DNA from: Tubulanus polymorphus
Taxonomy: Eukaryota; Animalia; Nemertea
Direction of reading: 5' to 3'
DNA: 64,000 bases
NCBI RefSeq assembly: GCF_964204645.1
Contig: NC_134025.1
Span: 28,314,299 to 28,378,298, forward strand
Shown here: positions 52,401 to 64,000 of the stretch, one piece after another
How the letters are laid out: every line of letters starts with the position of its first letter
Numbering within the stretch: the stretch's first letter is position 1
Made by a program: the position numbers and the translations under genes
The notes under the pieces: model-generated
What the model saw: only the letters and a program-made list of their open reading frames with translations
What the model was told of the DNA's origin: nothing
The model's database searches: none

Positions 52401-53648
52401 GCATCCCACAAACCCGGGGAGTCAATTACTGCCATGTCGACTGACACTAAAAACCAGTTTCTCATGACCGGCGATACGTTAGGTTACGTCAAAATCTGGG
52501 ACATTACCGAATATTGCATATCTAAAAGGCAACTAGAACAAATGAAGCCGGTCAGTCATGAGGAACTCGAAAAACTATTTCCGTATGTGCGATTTGCAAA
52601 TGATCCGATCGTCAGGAAAATCAAACGCAGAGCAATGGCGAATGTAATTAGTGTTAGTAGCGAGCCACCTCCTACAAGTAAACCGGACGAGACAATGCAC
52701 GGTCCTCCAACACTTAATTCTTTCAAGGCTCATACTAAAGCTGTAACTCACATCGAGTTTGTTGAAGATAGAAAGCTACTCATAACCAGTAGTTTAGATT
52801 GTTCTGTTCGCTTATGGACATTGTGCGGAAGGTACATAGGTACGTTTGGCCAACCCGACCCTTGGGAAAAACTACCAAAAGTCATGAACGTAAAAGAACG
52901 AGAAGTAACGATGCCACCAGATATAAGAAAATGTGCATCTGCCGGAACACTTCAGGTTCTCAAAGGTGGAATGGCACAGAAATGGAAGATGGCAAGAAAC
53001 ATCGTGTTGATTTGGTTGACTAAAGCGAGAAAGCAGCAGCAACATTTAGATAGTTTGAATGAATCGATTATAGAAACACCGCACACAGATACCGACGAAG
53101 ACGAGAGTGAGAAAGAACCGGCGTTAGAACATATACTTGGAAGACATTACAAAGCTAAAGTGAGACACAGAATTCCACCGCAGTTGCCTCCAATTCGACA
53201 TAATCAGAGTCAGGTAGCTATCTCCTGAAAAAAAGTTTTGAAAATTTGATCAGAAAATTGTAATGAGCAGTCTTATCTAAATTTACAGGTGGTTGTTTAT
53301 TCAAGTCTTCCTTTTCACGATATGGTTCCAATCAACGACTTCGTACCACCACCGTTTTTACAAGAAGTGCTCGATCGACAACATGGAGGTGGAGCCGCGC
53401 AGGAAACTTCCAAATTTGGCCAAAAAGTACGAACCGTACATCCATTCAGGCGGTTGTGATTAATGCGAACGATTTCAAACATTTCAACTTTCTTTTCCTA
53501 GATGAGAACGTTTATGTCGAAACAAAGGACTGTTCGAGCTTTGAACAGCGCTTGTGGTGCCAACAATCGCCGACGACGTACGCTTGAATCCCGCAGAAAA
53601 ACATTGTTTCGCCACCAGTCCCCATCATCACCAGTCAGCTCTCGCTAA
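49485..53648 (+). CDS. EF-hand plus WD40-repeat protein (WDR49/CFAP337, EFCAB8, WDY/WDR64 family); giant first coding exon to 53213 plus two small 3' exons
   Basis: Two EF-hand loops 'DEDGGGGLDIDEF' and 'DTNCDGTVDWDEY', then many WD40 repeats ('TGGVDHLVRLWNPY', 'FKGHAKAV', 'ITGARDGTVKIWNFNNG', 'TSSLDCSVRLWT'). Donor CAG|gtagct at 53213, exon from 53289, last exon ends at TAA 53648. Confidence 0.88.
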
Positions 53649-54066
53649 AACTACTTAACACTCGATAATACTTACAACTGTGCTTATAAATATTAAATAA
53701 TTCGTCGGTTTCTTTTATTCATTGTAATCTATCTTAGAAAAAAGTCTCTATTTTTGAGAAAATAAAACAGCCTATCTATACTGTTGATTAACTTCTTACT
53801 ACATTACGGTATGCATTTGTACATGATCATATTGTTTGTTACACTAAAATAAAATATCAAGAAAGGAATTGTTTAGTTTTCGATCGTTCCAATGTCGCAT
53901 GGAGGATTATGATGTATAAGTATCCTAATCCAAAACACTGCTCCTTACAAGCATTTTGGGCCATGGAATTTGACTTTCATTATAGAATTGTAGGATTGGA
54001 GTATCACTATTTATTTATTCAACAAACAAACATTCATTTATAGATTGTTAATTATATCTCCGCCGT

Positions 54067-55065
54067 TCACAGTCCATCTTGTTGGTTCATCGAGGGCCAA
54101 GATGTACCAGCGGGAATAGTTTGATTATTATGAGACTGCGGTATTAATGTATTCAAACGAGATTCTAATACCGTTATTCTATCTTTGAGATAAACGTTCT
54201 CATATTCTAGTTCGAGTGACCGTTTATAGAAACTCTTTTCTTTCACTTTCTTCGCTTGTCTCGATCGCCTAGCCGACTCGTTGTTTTTTCGTCGCTTTTC
54301 CCAGTACGCGCAATCTTTCTCATCAGTCGGAACCATGTTCTTTTTTCTTTTTCTAATAAGCTGCCGCGGTTTGTAACCACCGATAGTTGCGCCAGCGCTG
54401 AGCAACTGATCGACGTCAAGATCTAATTTACCGGTATTCAACTGGTCACTGATAATCTCTCGTGTTTTGGTACAGTAGGCTTCTTCGCCTTCTTCTGGAT
54501 TTTGCGCCAAATTAACTGATGGTCCATCCAGCACAGCTTCTTGCTGTTGGAGATGTAAACCATATTCCATGTGTATATCTGGTTTCAATTCACCGTTTGG
54601 TGTCATCGAGAACTTGTTGTTATTATTTTGAGGCGGGTAAGTAGTGCCGGCATAGGTTTGGTCATTAACGTACGGTTCCATGTTTGTGAAATGAATTATA
54701 CCAGCTGTTTCATCTTGATCATACGCCGTTAATGCGGCCTGTACAGTTGTTAGTTTTTCGTTTGTATATTCATCATTCGTCGGGATAATTTCACTACAAC
54801 TGACTGAACGGTTCTCTTGTCGCCAAGAGGTTGTAGTAGCACATGTATCACTAACCGGTATAAATGGCCACATATTCGGATCAATTGGTGAAACGGATAA
54901 TGGATAGTTTTGGTCCGTGGAATTGACATTTTCATAAGTTCTGGTATTTAATTCATTGCTCTTGGTGCCGGTGTTTGGTGCGGTGCCGTATGTCTGAGCA
55001 TCGAATGCTGTTCCTACGGCAGCCGCTGATAAACAGCTTTTGTATACGGTGTCTAATGCCATCAT
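54067..55065 (-). CDS. PAR/NFIL3-related bZIP transcription factor (HLF/TEF/DBP, giant/CES-2-like); single coding exon
   Basis: Basic region 'IRKRKKNMVPTDEKDCAYWEKRRKNNESARRSRQAKK' followed by a leucine zipper 'LELEYENVYLKDRITVLESRL'. First in-frame ATG at 55065, directly after a 3' splice site (ttttccag, AG at 55070-55069). Confidence 0.85.
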   Translation of the reverse strand: MMALDTVYKSCLSAAAVGTAFDAQTYGTAPNTGTKSNELNTRTYENVNSTDQNYPLSVSPIDPNMWPFIPVSDTCATTTSWRQENRSVSCSEIIPTNDEYTNEKLTTVQAALTAYDQDETAGIIHFTNMEPYVNDQTYAGTTYPPQNNNNKFSMTPNGELKPDIHMEYGLHLQQQEAVLDGPSVNLAQNPEEGEEAYCTKTREIISDQLNTGKLDLDVDQLLSAGATIGGYKPRQLIRKRKKNMVPTDEKDCAYWEKRRKNNESARRSRQAKKVKEKSFYKRSLELEYENVYLKDRITVLESRLNTLIPQSHNNQTIPAGTSWPSMNQQDGL

Positions 55066-55230
55066 CACCTGGAAAATTAAATTCACAATTCAGTAGTTAT
55101 CATCCTAGTGTAAGATTTATTCAAAATGAGTTACCAAATATTTTGATTGTCAGTTGACTCATGCCGGTGTTCATCGGCAAATAAAGCCGATGTCCGATTC
55201 CGCCAAACTACATGTATTGGTTACCCAAAG

Positions 55231-56541
55231 ATGGAGTCGTACATCGAAGAGGACAATAAAAAATCTGAAATTCAGGTGATTATTCGAGTTACACGTCTTT
55301 ATCGTCATGGAAATTGGGTTAGAATATGAAGGAGTTGTTGGTGCTAACAGAGTCGATGAGATATTTTGGTCCTATAACGTAAATCATTCCTGAAATATTA
55401 CAATTTTGTGCCGGTGTGCAAAAAGCAGTACTCCGACTCGTCTCGTCTCCTCACTCACTGGACTGCTACACAGTCAGTCTCAGTTCACAGACACAACACT
55501 TTTAATCTTGAAATAGAATACAAAATAGATATAGTTGTGGGATTGGTTTTCACTCGATTCTTTGCTGCTGTCTAATTTGACACAGTGCTCACTTCAGTAG
55601 GACAGAGAGGGGTAGAGGGCAGTGGGGGCTATTAGTAAGTATTATCCATTAGGGCTCATTGGAATATAGGCCCTATCATTAATGCTTATTTTGGAATTGA
55701 ACCTAAATGATAATTTTTGTGATTTCAGGAATGTATTGACTTGTCAGCAGGCAATATCGTTTCGACTGAACCGATCATGAACGAACCTCAACGTATCATT
55801 GATACACCGACAAGTTTTACTGCAAGCATGCCTTTATTACAAGGTAATAAAACTTGTTTCGAAACTGATGATAGTTTGAATACAATTTCAGCAAAAATAA
55901 CATCGAATAAAGATGATAGCAACGGAGCCGATGAATCCGATAAAACAGACGCTGATGCCGTAGTGACTAAGACTGCTGGAGAACCTGAAGCGATTAACAA
56001 GATGTATCACAAACTTGAAAAATCTCAACAAGATGAATCTGCACCTGAGATGAATACTGATTTAACTGTAAAGAACACTGATAGTCCAGATGTTGTGAAA
56101 AGCTCAGAAGTTTCAGAGATCAATGGCAAAGAACGTGATTGCAATAATGAGAATGATAAATCCATATCGTCAAATATTGATAAGGATTCAAATGTAGATA
56201 CAAACCCTGCTGCTTTTGAGCTGAAGCTGAAAGATGAAGATTTAATCGGTCCTGCAATAAAAAACTTACAGAAAACTTCACCAGAAATTACTGAGAAAAC
56301 AGAATCTGAGCATAGATCAGCAAATAAAGTGAACAGCCAACTAACCACTGAAAATAACTTAGTTAATGATAAACTAAAAGATAATAGAACGGACAAAATT
56401 ACTGATTCATTATCCTTGAAAAATGATTCTATAAGTAATTCTGATTCTGTTCAAACCAAAGTACCATCCTCATTATCATCTTCATCCACTGTCGCGATTC
56501 ATCATTCTTCTCATTCATCCGCTGTTAGTAGTAGTAACATG

Positions 56542-56582
<41 letters not shown>

Positions 56583-59500
56583 TCTCATCTCTAATCATGG
56601 AATCAATTCAGAAAATGATGAGTCATCTCATCATATTAAAACAGATCGGAATGCTGGTGAGTTAATAGTGTGTCTTGTGTGTGTGTGTTAGTAAAACTGC
56701 ATGTCGTCTACGTCTCATCAGTAGTATATCAAATTGTAGTTCTGGTCAACCCTACTTTTAACGCTGCATATATTGATAACTAATTGATAAGTAACTTAAA
56801 TCGAGGCATCAAATAACTTAGGATCTTGTCATCAGTTAAGATAAAGTAACGCTTGAAATCAAGTCTGTAAGTTAAGTGAAATTAAGTCAGTAAGTAATTT
56901 TGTATTTGCACAAAAAATGTGGGTGTCCAGAACTACCATTTTTTATACCGGGGTACTGCTATCATCTCTCAATATTTTTGCATATTGCATGTAAATTTCA
57001 TTTCATTTTGCTCCATTTTCATTTGAGGAGAAAGAAAATCTAAACACTTCCATTTTGTATTTCAGGTATGTTGGAAGGAGGGAAAGTGGCGCTTACGAGA
57101 ACTCCCGTACTTTCTGAAAGTCTCGTCGGTAAATGTGTCGTCGAAGAGAAAGTCGAGTCTCATTCCAACTCGCCAACAGCCGTCGTTCCGTTGAGCTTCG
57201 CCGATCAAGGATTAGGCCACGTAATCGAACATTCGTACTCAGATTCGAGTTTATTGAAATCGACGGTGCAGTCGCACGCCGGTAACGATATCGTCGCGTT
57301 TAAACCGACCGACCCCGGCGTCGTTTCGGATAGTTTATCCTCCGAACTCGAAGAACCGGTCGTGTCGTCTATTGACAAAATAATAGAATCGGTGAAAGCG
57401 ATGGGTGAGAACGCAGCTTCGCCGGCCGAATCGAGTCCTTCCGATTTCAACTCGGTATCGATGATCGCTAATTTCGACGAATCGAGTAACGTTCCGTCGT
57501 CGTTCGATCCGATCGACGAGAGCAGTAATTTGGGCGAGTGTAAAAATGATGATGAACTGAGTAATAACGATTTAAGCGTCGCGGTATCGGCCGCTGATTT
57601 GATGGACGATACGAGTAATCTACCGAGTGAAACTGGTTCGATGATGGATACGAGCGATAGTATTCACTTCACCGTACCGAAAAATATCAACGAAGAAACG
57701 ATGATGTCCGTCGACGATACGACTAAAGACGACAGCATGGACGGTTCAACTAAAGAGACGAATAAACCGAAAAGAAGACCTAAAAGTCGACGAAGCAGCA
57801 CTTGTTCCATGGCTGTTGAGCTCGGATTGGATTCGCATAAGATCGGGTAAATTAAGAAATATTTGAAATTATACCGGGTCCCTACAGATTCCTTGAAAAC
57901 GGAAAAGGTGCTTAAAACTTTTAATTTGAGCAAAATGCCGCAAACTCCTTCGATTTTGAGCATAAAACAAAAAAATTTCGCTCCAGCTGTTATATAAATT
58001 TTCTTACCATTTGCAACCATTAGGCATAATCTTCCGGTGGAGAAAATATTTGAGTATCAGTGGCCGCAGGAGAAAAATGGAGAATGGTTCTTACTTCAAG
58101 AACAATTGTCGGAATATTTAGGAATAAAATCGTTTAAGAGAAAATATCCAGGTAACTATACCATTGTTTTAGTACTAAACTAAACTTTTAGTTTAAAAAA
58201 ATGTACATCGAATCTGCTCCAATTCATCCATTCTTTCTACTGATAATTTTCAAATGATACAAGAGTTGAGTGCGGTTTTCTCAAAGGAATTTTTTTGAAT
58301 TTAAGATATGACACGACACAATGTTGATATGCGAGAACGAAATTTTCTAAAAGAGACAGGAGCAGTAACAGAGACCCAGTGCGATCTAGGTGAGTCAGTA
58401 TTTACATTTACCTGGCTATTAGATATTTGTTTATTCCAAAGATATTTGATGATTGCCTAAACCAGATTAAATGTGATATTAGTACGATAACCACACTCAA
58501 ACGTGGTGAACGGATAATAGGATAAAAACCCACTCTGTACAATTGAAAGAATTTAAAATCGAGATTTTAATTCTAAAATGTAAAAACAACGTTTCGATCT
58601 CACACTAGAGATCATCGTCTAAATGTGATATGCATTGGATATCGATATTGATATTGACTCTAAGTCAGACGTTTCATAGCTGGGTTCTTGTTGAAGAATT
58701 AAAGGTTACTTACGGTATTTATAGAAGTGCCGTCCGTGCCTGTTATCTGACAACTGACGTTTAATCCACCTTTTATACATTTTATGCGCACATTTTTTTG
58801 GCTTTCGTCATTATCTGCTTATTGTCTATTTGTATCGGAAGATGTGATATTATTTCTGGCGTCTTCATCATTTAATCAACTTACGGTACGGGGGTCTGCG
58901 CAGTTCGGGATAAATACGTTTTGGTTTTCGAGTGAATCCGTCGCGAATTGTTAATCAACCGCGACCCCGGTGCGCTGCTTATAATCCACACGCTAGGTAT
59001 TCTGAGTATTAATGAACAGGCAACTTCCGAACAAAGAAAAGAACAAATGATACAACCAATGTCGGTTTCCCGTTTTGCTCCCCATGAGCGAGAGGGATTA
59101 CCAGTTGTTCAATATCTCTTATTACAATGGTTACTATGACATGTTTTGTTGTGTTTTGTTGCCGACCGAAGTCATGGAGTTAAAAGTCACCTTGTTGCAG
59201 CTCTTGTATTTGGCTAAAACTTTTCGAAAATCTATCAAGTTATGAAGTTGAATTGTGCATGTTGCGCGGGTTTTTTATTGATTCGAAAAAAAACTGGTTT
59301 CTATATTCTGGTTAAAACACATTTAGAGACTGTGATGTTATTTGGATTATTGTATCCAGTGGGTCCAATTATAAAGGTCACACGTCAGACAAGTGGTTGA
59401 AACACGCCCCCTGCTGTAGGAGGATGAATATCCCATTGTCAATCATAATCCGGTTGTGATTAAAAAAGCCCGTAGGCTCTCGGAGCTGAATGAAAACTAC

Positions 59501-62410
59501 TATTGTTACGATGAAAGTTTTTCTGAGGATACTTTTTCCTAATTGTTGTATACCAGTAGATATGAATGCGTACTATTGTTTACCGTATTTTACTACATTG
59601 TACTATAATTTTTCCAGGATTAACTGCCATACGAACTGAAGACGTCTTAGATATGATGGCTAAAGAATATCCTGAAAAATATACTGTAAGATATTAACAG
59701 CGTCAGTCTCTTTTACGCCTATGATGACGCTCAGTTGATTTCATGATTTCTATACTATTTTAGGAATTGACTGCCATATTACATGAAAAAGAGAAGAAAA
59801 GAGCTGATGAGACAAAAAAGAAATATCAGCAGGTTCGTGTCATACCAGCATTCAATTTCTTCAGTCCCAGCATTCAATTTCTTCAGTCCCCATGATAAAA
59901 ATTTGAATAAGTTTTTCATGTGGTTTTCTTCAGCCGACTATTGAAAAAAGCAAAATGAAGGAGTTCATTCGAAAAGCTGTAAAACGATGTGCTGAATATA
60001 ATCAGAGTTTTATGAGAGAAAAACGAGAGGAACGCGCTGCTTACTTCGATCTACAAACTATGGTCAGTTTGTAGCGCAGTTGAATATTATTATCATTGCT
60101 TTATCGGTTTATCAAATTCCATAATATATTTTATATATTCTAATTGTCAGGAAATCCACCATCCAATAACCAAGAAAATGAAACTTGAACCGAGAGCTCT
60201 CGGAGCGTATCCAGTAGCTTTACTGCCCGGCCAGTATCAAGATAGTTATAAGATGTACAAATCGGAGGAATTGAAATATTTCCCTCTGAATACCGTTATG
60301 TATAACCCTCCGAAAAAACTGAAAACGATATACGCTGATCCTAACGAACCGACAGATTCCGAATCTGAAGACAGTGTCGCTTCGGTATGTGTTCAAAACT
60401 ATTCATAATCGATGTGTGCGTTTAAACTGATTTTAGCAGAATTAGAATTTATATCTGATTAGATTTATTAACACAACGCATGTCATTTAAAGCTTTGCCT
60501 GTTCACTTTAACTGCTTCACGTTTAAAATCAATCAACTCCTTAACAATCTATATGATACATATGATAATGAGCTAAAGACCGGAATTCCTTCCTTCTTCG
60601 TTAAAAGTCAAAACATTTCAATCGAGGTGTGAAAGTTTCTGGTTTTCTTGTCTTGCAGCGAGAAGGCTCTTCTGCAGGGTCAGACACTACTGCTAGTAAA
60701 AATGATAGTGAAGCAAAATCAGAGATTGTCGCATCTCTGCAGACTCAAAAGGTGTGCCCCATAAGGGTTAACCTTGTTGTTACATTAAATACCATTCTCA
60801 TTTACCGTTATTTCACAATATTCATAATAACATCAGTCTTTGTTTCCTAACAAAAGTTACGTTATGTATTTTTGTTGTTGAATGTTTCATTCATAACTTT
60901 GTCTTCTTAACCACAATTTGAAATTGTTTCACTAATACTGCCATTCATTTAACTTAACACTGAATTCATTCTTGCATCGAGTCACTGCGCTGTTTGTAAT
61001 TTCTACTAACATATCTCATATTTCACTATGATTTCCAAAGATTAGAATTTCATTTCATGATCATCTCAATGTGTTGTGCACTTGTCTTAGCGTGTAAAGA
61101 AGTCAAAATCATTTATTTCATGTCCAATCTAAATTGTAGCTGTTGACTATTGTATCATCTGGTATGAATGACTCCATTACATTCACTAATGTAGTTTCCA
61201 TTTTGTAATCTATCCTGTGACATATAAATCTTTATTTATGATAAGTGAATTTTATCGATGTTCATTTGTATAGGACTCTTCTGAAGAGACAAATAGTAAA
61301 GGAACCGATGGGCAAAACGTATCCAATGGAGGAGACGATCAGGTAGATGAATAATAGATGAAAATAATCTGACGGCATAATGGAAAATATGATGTTCTAA
61401 AACCTTGTTTCTTTTTTAAAACATTTTAGTCGACTCCCAAGCCATCAAATTCACCCGAGTGCCGGATATGTAATGAAACAGCCGATTCAAATAACCAGGA
61501 GCAGTTTATCGTGTGTTCAGAGTGTAAGAGTGCCGGTAAGTCCCCTTAGGTTTTAATTCCAGATAGAATTTAATGAATTGATGATATTTATAACCGTTGA
61601 TGGTTTATGAATATTTCAGGTCATCCTTCATGTTTGGATGTTACTGCGGATATGATACCTATAATTACTAGTTATCCGTGGCAATGTATGGAATGTAAAA
61701 CATGTGTGGAATGTATGGATCCACACGATGAGGTAATTAAATGATTTCGATCGGCGCATTTCGTAATTTGGTTTAGTTTTTTCTCATGACAATTTTGATT
61801 TAATTCATTCCAGGATAAGATGATGTTTTGTGACAGGTGTGATCGTGGATATCATACGTTTTGCGTCGGATTGCGTTCGATTCCGAATGGAAATTGGAAG
61901 TGCCCCAGTTGTAAACCACCAACGGAAAAAACACCTGGAAAACCTGGAAGGTGAGTGAAAATATGATTACTGAACTAGAGCAGGGGTCAGATTGATATAG
62001 AAAAAATGAGAAAAATTGATGTCTGTTTAAAGATTTTTGAAAAATCTTGACAATCAAAAAAAACAATTTCCAGAAAAGTTGATGTCAAGATATTTATGCC
62101 ATAAGCTGTGGAACTCAGAATTTTGAGAAAACCCTCATTTGGCGGATTAGAATTCCTAGTCATGTTTGAAGATGAAATTTTGATGCTATGTAATTTCAGG
62201 AAGCCCAAAAATTCGAAGGATCTGAAAGCAGAACCACAAGAGGTTAAAGTGAGGAAGAAACCTGGTCCAAAACCTAAGAATAAAGACAACAAGGAACCTA
62301 AAGAGAAAAGGGAGCCAAAGAAAAAGAAGGAGGTCAAGGAAAAGGTTCCGAAAATTAAAAAAGAGAAGACACCTAAGAAGCAGGAAAAGGAAGAAGATGA
62401 AAATGAATGA
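55231..62410 (+). CDS. PHF10: PHD finger protein 10 (BAF45A/SAYP), PBAF subunit, with long acidic/Ser-rich N-terminus
   Basis: SAY region '[35 protein letters not shown]', '[12 protein letters not shown]', '[10 protein letters not shown]', '[12 protein letters not shown]'; tandem PHD 'GHPSCLD...[11 protein letters not shown]...[20 protein letters not shown]'. Putative exon 1 '[15 protein letters not shown]' (55231-55275) splices in frame to the acceptor at 55729; the start is less certain than the gene identity. Confidence 0.93.
56542..56580 (+). repeat. (TCA)13 coding microsatellite, poly-Ser in PHF10
   Basis: Perfect TCA repeat within the open frame of the large PHF10 exon. Confidence 0.95.
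58521..58621 (-). mobile_element. Dispersed repeat, copy 2, hammerhead-like/Penelope-like, in a PHF10 intron
   Basis: Minus strand reads TAGACGATGATCTCTAGTGTGAGATCGAAACGTTG...ATTTTAGA...TTTTAAATTCTTT...GTGGGTTTTTATC, matching copy 1. Confidence 0.65.
59845..59888 (+). repeat. Perfect 22-nt tandem duplication in a PHF10 intron
   Basis: CCAGCATTCAATTTCTTCAGTC x2. Confidence 0.9.
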
Positions 62411-63399
62411 GATTGCTCTTTCTTATGTGTTCAGCTTATGTTGTAGAACATTGTAATAACAGTGCATTTAATTGATCTATCAGCATCTAATACATTAGCT
62501 TTAGTAGTGTAATGTGTGCTGGCTAAAGTATCTATCATTGATTTAAGTGTATATAGCAGTAGATTTTTTGAAAATCTATATGTGTTATTTATTTAATTTT
62601 GCAAAATGTATAGTGAATTGATTTTCTGTACCGGCAATATGCTTTATATATGAATAAATTGTTTTATGAGGAATCATGTTTTATTCATCGTTGTCATATT
62701 TGATCTTATCAGAGGATAGAAAATGGGCGATTCAAAATATTCAGTCGAGTATTCCAGTATCATCATCAGTGTCTTGCGAGGATAAGGGAACTGGACAGGT
62801 CTCTTAAGAGAACTTAACAGGATGAATCCGGGCAGAAAGCATGAATGCAGATCCATACCCAGGCCAAGAGAGGCTCATTCATTCGAGCCAATATAGGATG
62901 CAATGCAAATGATGCAAGTGTGGGTCTATAGGCTATTGACATCAATGTAATACTACCGGTAAATGTCCTGTCGCCTTCTATTGCACATACCAAGAGTAAC
63001 TTCTAGTGACTCCTTAAATATCACGACCATGGAGCTGTGATAATATCAACGATAAGGAATTACATACCACAATAAGTCAGTCACGACATGAGAACTACGA
63101 ATTGACTTTCATTTTTTATTCAAATAATCCTTTAACAAAAAGTTTACAGTTCTACAATATAGTATGTAAGCTTGCTGTATTTGGCAAACCTGAAGAAGCT
63201 ATTACAGTTATTGGTGACAACAGATTCCGGTTTAACTAAACACAATTTCATCTATAATATTCTTAATATTATATGAACACTGGAAATATAAATGGATAAG
63301 TACGTGATTTAACATAGTAACTAAATGGTGCAGATTTTAATATGACTGATTCACTTATCGAATTATCAACCCTCACTGAATGTACCAATACGAATGGGA

Positions 63400-63753
63400 G
63401 TCAACATAAACCAGGAGCGGATCCAGAGTCGGTTCAAGGACAAGGGAGCGAGAAAACAACAGAAAAGATGACGAAAATATCGAAAATCCCGATAAAACTA
63501 TGGAGCCATCATTGGAGGCACCAGACCACGTAGTGACAGTGCTACAAGGGGAACTTCAGAAATGGTGATAATGTAACATCTGCTGGTATCTGAATCCACC
63601 CCTGTCACAGCATGAAAATCGGACTAAAAATTAACGCTTATTTTTTTCTACGATTTCATGTTATTGTTCTGCAGCACCATAAACAAAGGCAAGATAAAGC
63701 AAATAAACAACAACTTACACAAAAAGTGGAGGTAGAAGTGGATTGTGACCATA
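63400..63753 (-). other. Possible terminal exons or 3' region of an unidentified minus-strand gene entering from the right
   Basis: Plausible 35-nt exon (ccctag|TATGGTCAC...TTTTGT|gtaag, ~63753-63719), an acceptor tgtgacag at ~63602, and AATAAA signals on the minus strand near 63115 and 62680. No recognisable protein motif. Confidence 0.25.
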
Positions 63754-64000
63754 CTAGGGTAAATTCGTCGAGATTCAATCAAATCAATATCAAATTTCGA
63801 TTTCAATATAATGCCCCTACGCGTGCACGAAACATCCGAGTCAAATAGTATCAGTCTCCAGTAATTCAAGTACGGTAAATGCTTTTAACTGTATGCTTGT
63901 TAAGGATATATTATTACATACACACAGTTCCGAGAAAGCGTTGTACGTTAAAACGTACAGCCAGCTTCTCATGTACAGTGTCATATGTAGTAAATGATAA

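Noticed and set aside
49805-53023. Antisense and alternative-frame ORFs over the WD40 exon, and similar shadow ORFs over other exons
   Set aside because: Expected by-products of a long coding exon; no independent signals.
58700-59590. TACGGTA/TACCGTA-bounded transposon in the long PHF10 intron
   Set aside because: The match is only about 7 bp and does not extend. The region may be repeat-derived but cannot be delimited.
62705-62775. C/D snoRNA on the minus strand (ATGATGA...CTGA)
   Set aside because: Too short, no terminal stem or recognisable rRNA guide, and adjacent to a poly(A) signal; more likely 3' UTR.
1-64000. CRISPR arrays, prokaryotic operons or defence systems, rRNA, autonomous transposon ORFs
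   Set aside because: The sequence is spliced eukaryotic DNA; no repeat-spacer arrays, rRNA, RT or transposase motifs were seen.

Overview
Eukaryotic, AT-rich, compact invertebrate-type genomic DNA. Most introns are about 60-120 nt and GT-AG; a lophotrochozoan-like origin is only an inference. Eight spliced protein-coding genes are recognisable: a DBHS/NONO-family RRM gene (5' part, minus strand), a ~30-kb highly divergent DNAH5/DNAH8-like axonemal dynein heavy chain (minus), MPPED1/2 metallophosphoesterase (plus), CDC37 (minus), CEP128 (minus), an EF-hand/WD40 gene of the WDR49/EFCAB8 type with a 3.76-kb exon (plus), a PAR/NFIL3-type bZIP factor (minus) and PHF10 (plus). The right edge may hold the 3' end of an unidentified minus-strand gene. 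Most notable observations: (1) the dynein has degenerate AAA1 sensor motifs, no AAA4 P-loop and large insertions in the stalk and microtubule-binding domain; (2) its longer introns hold a series of frame-preserving candidate microexons, including one of 3 nt; (3) two dispersed copies of a hammerhead-like, Penelope-type repeat; (4) an inverted-repeat-bounded element carrying CTAACCCTAACCCT in CDC37 intron 1; (5) a very tight head-to-head bZIP/PHF10 pair with an ATF4-like overlapping uORF. Exon structures were read by eye and no database searches were possible.
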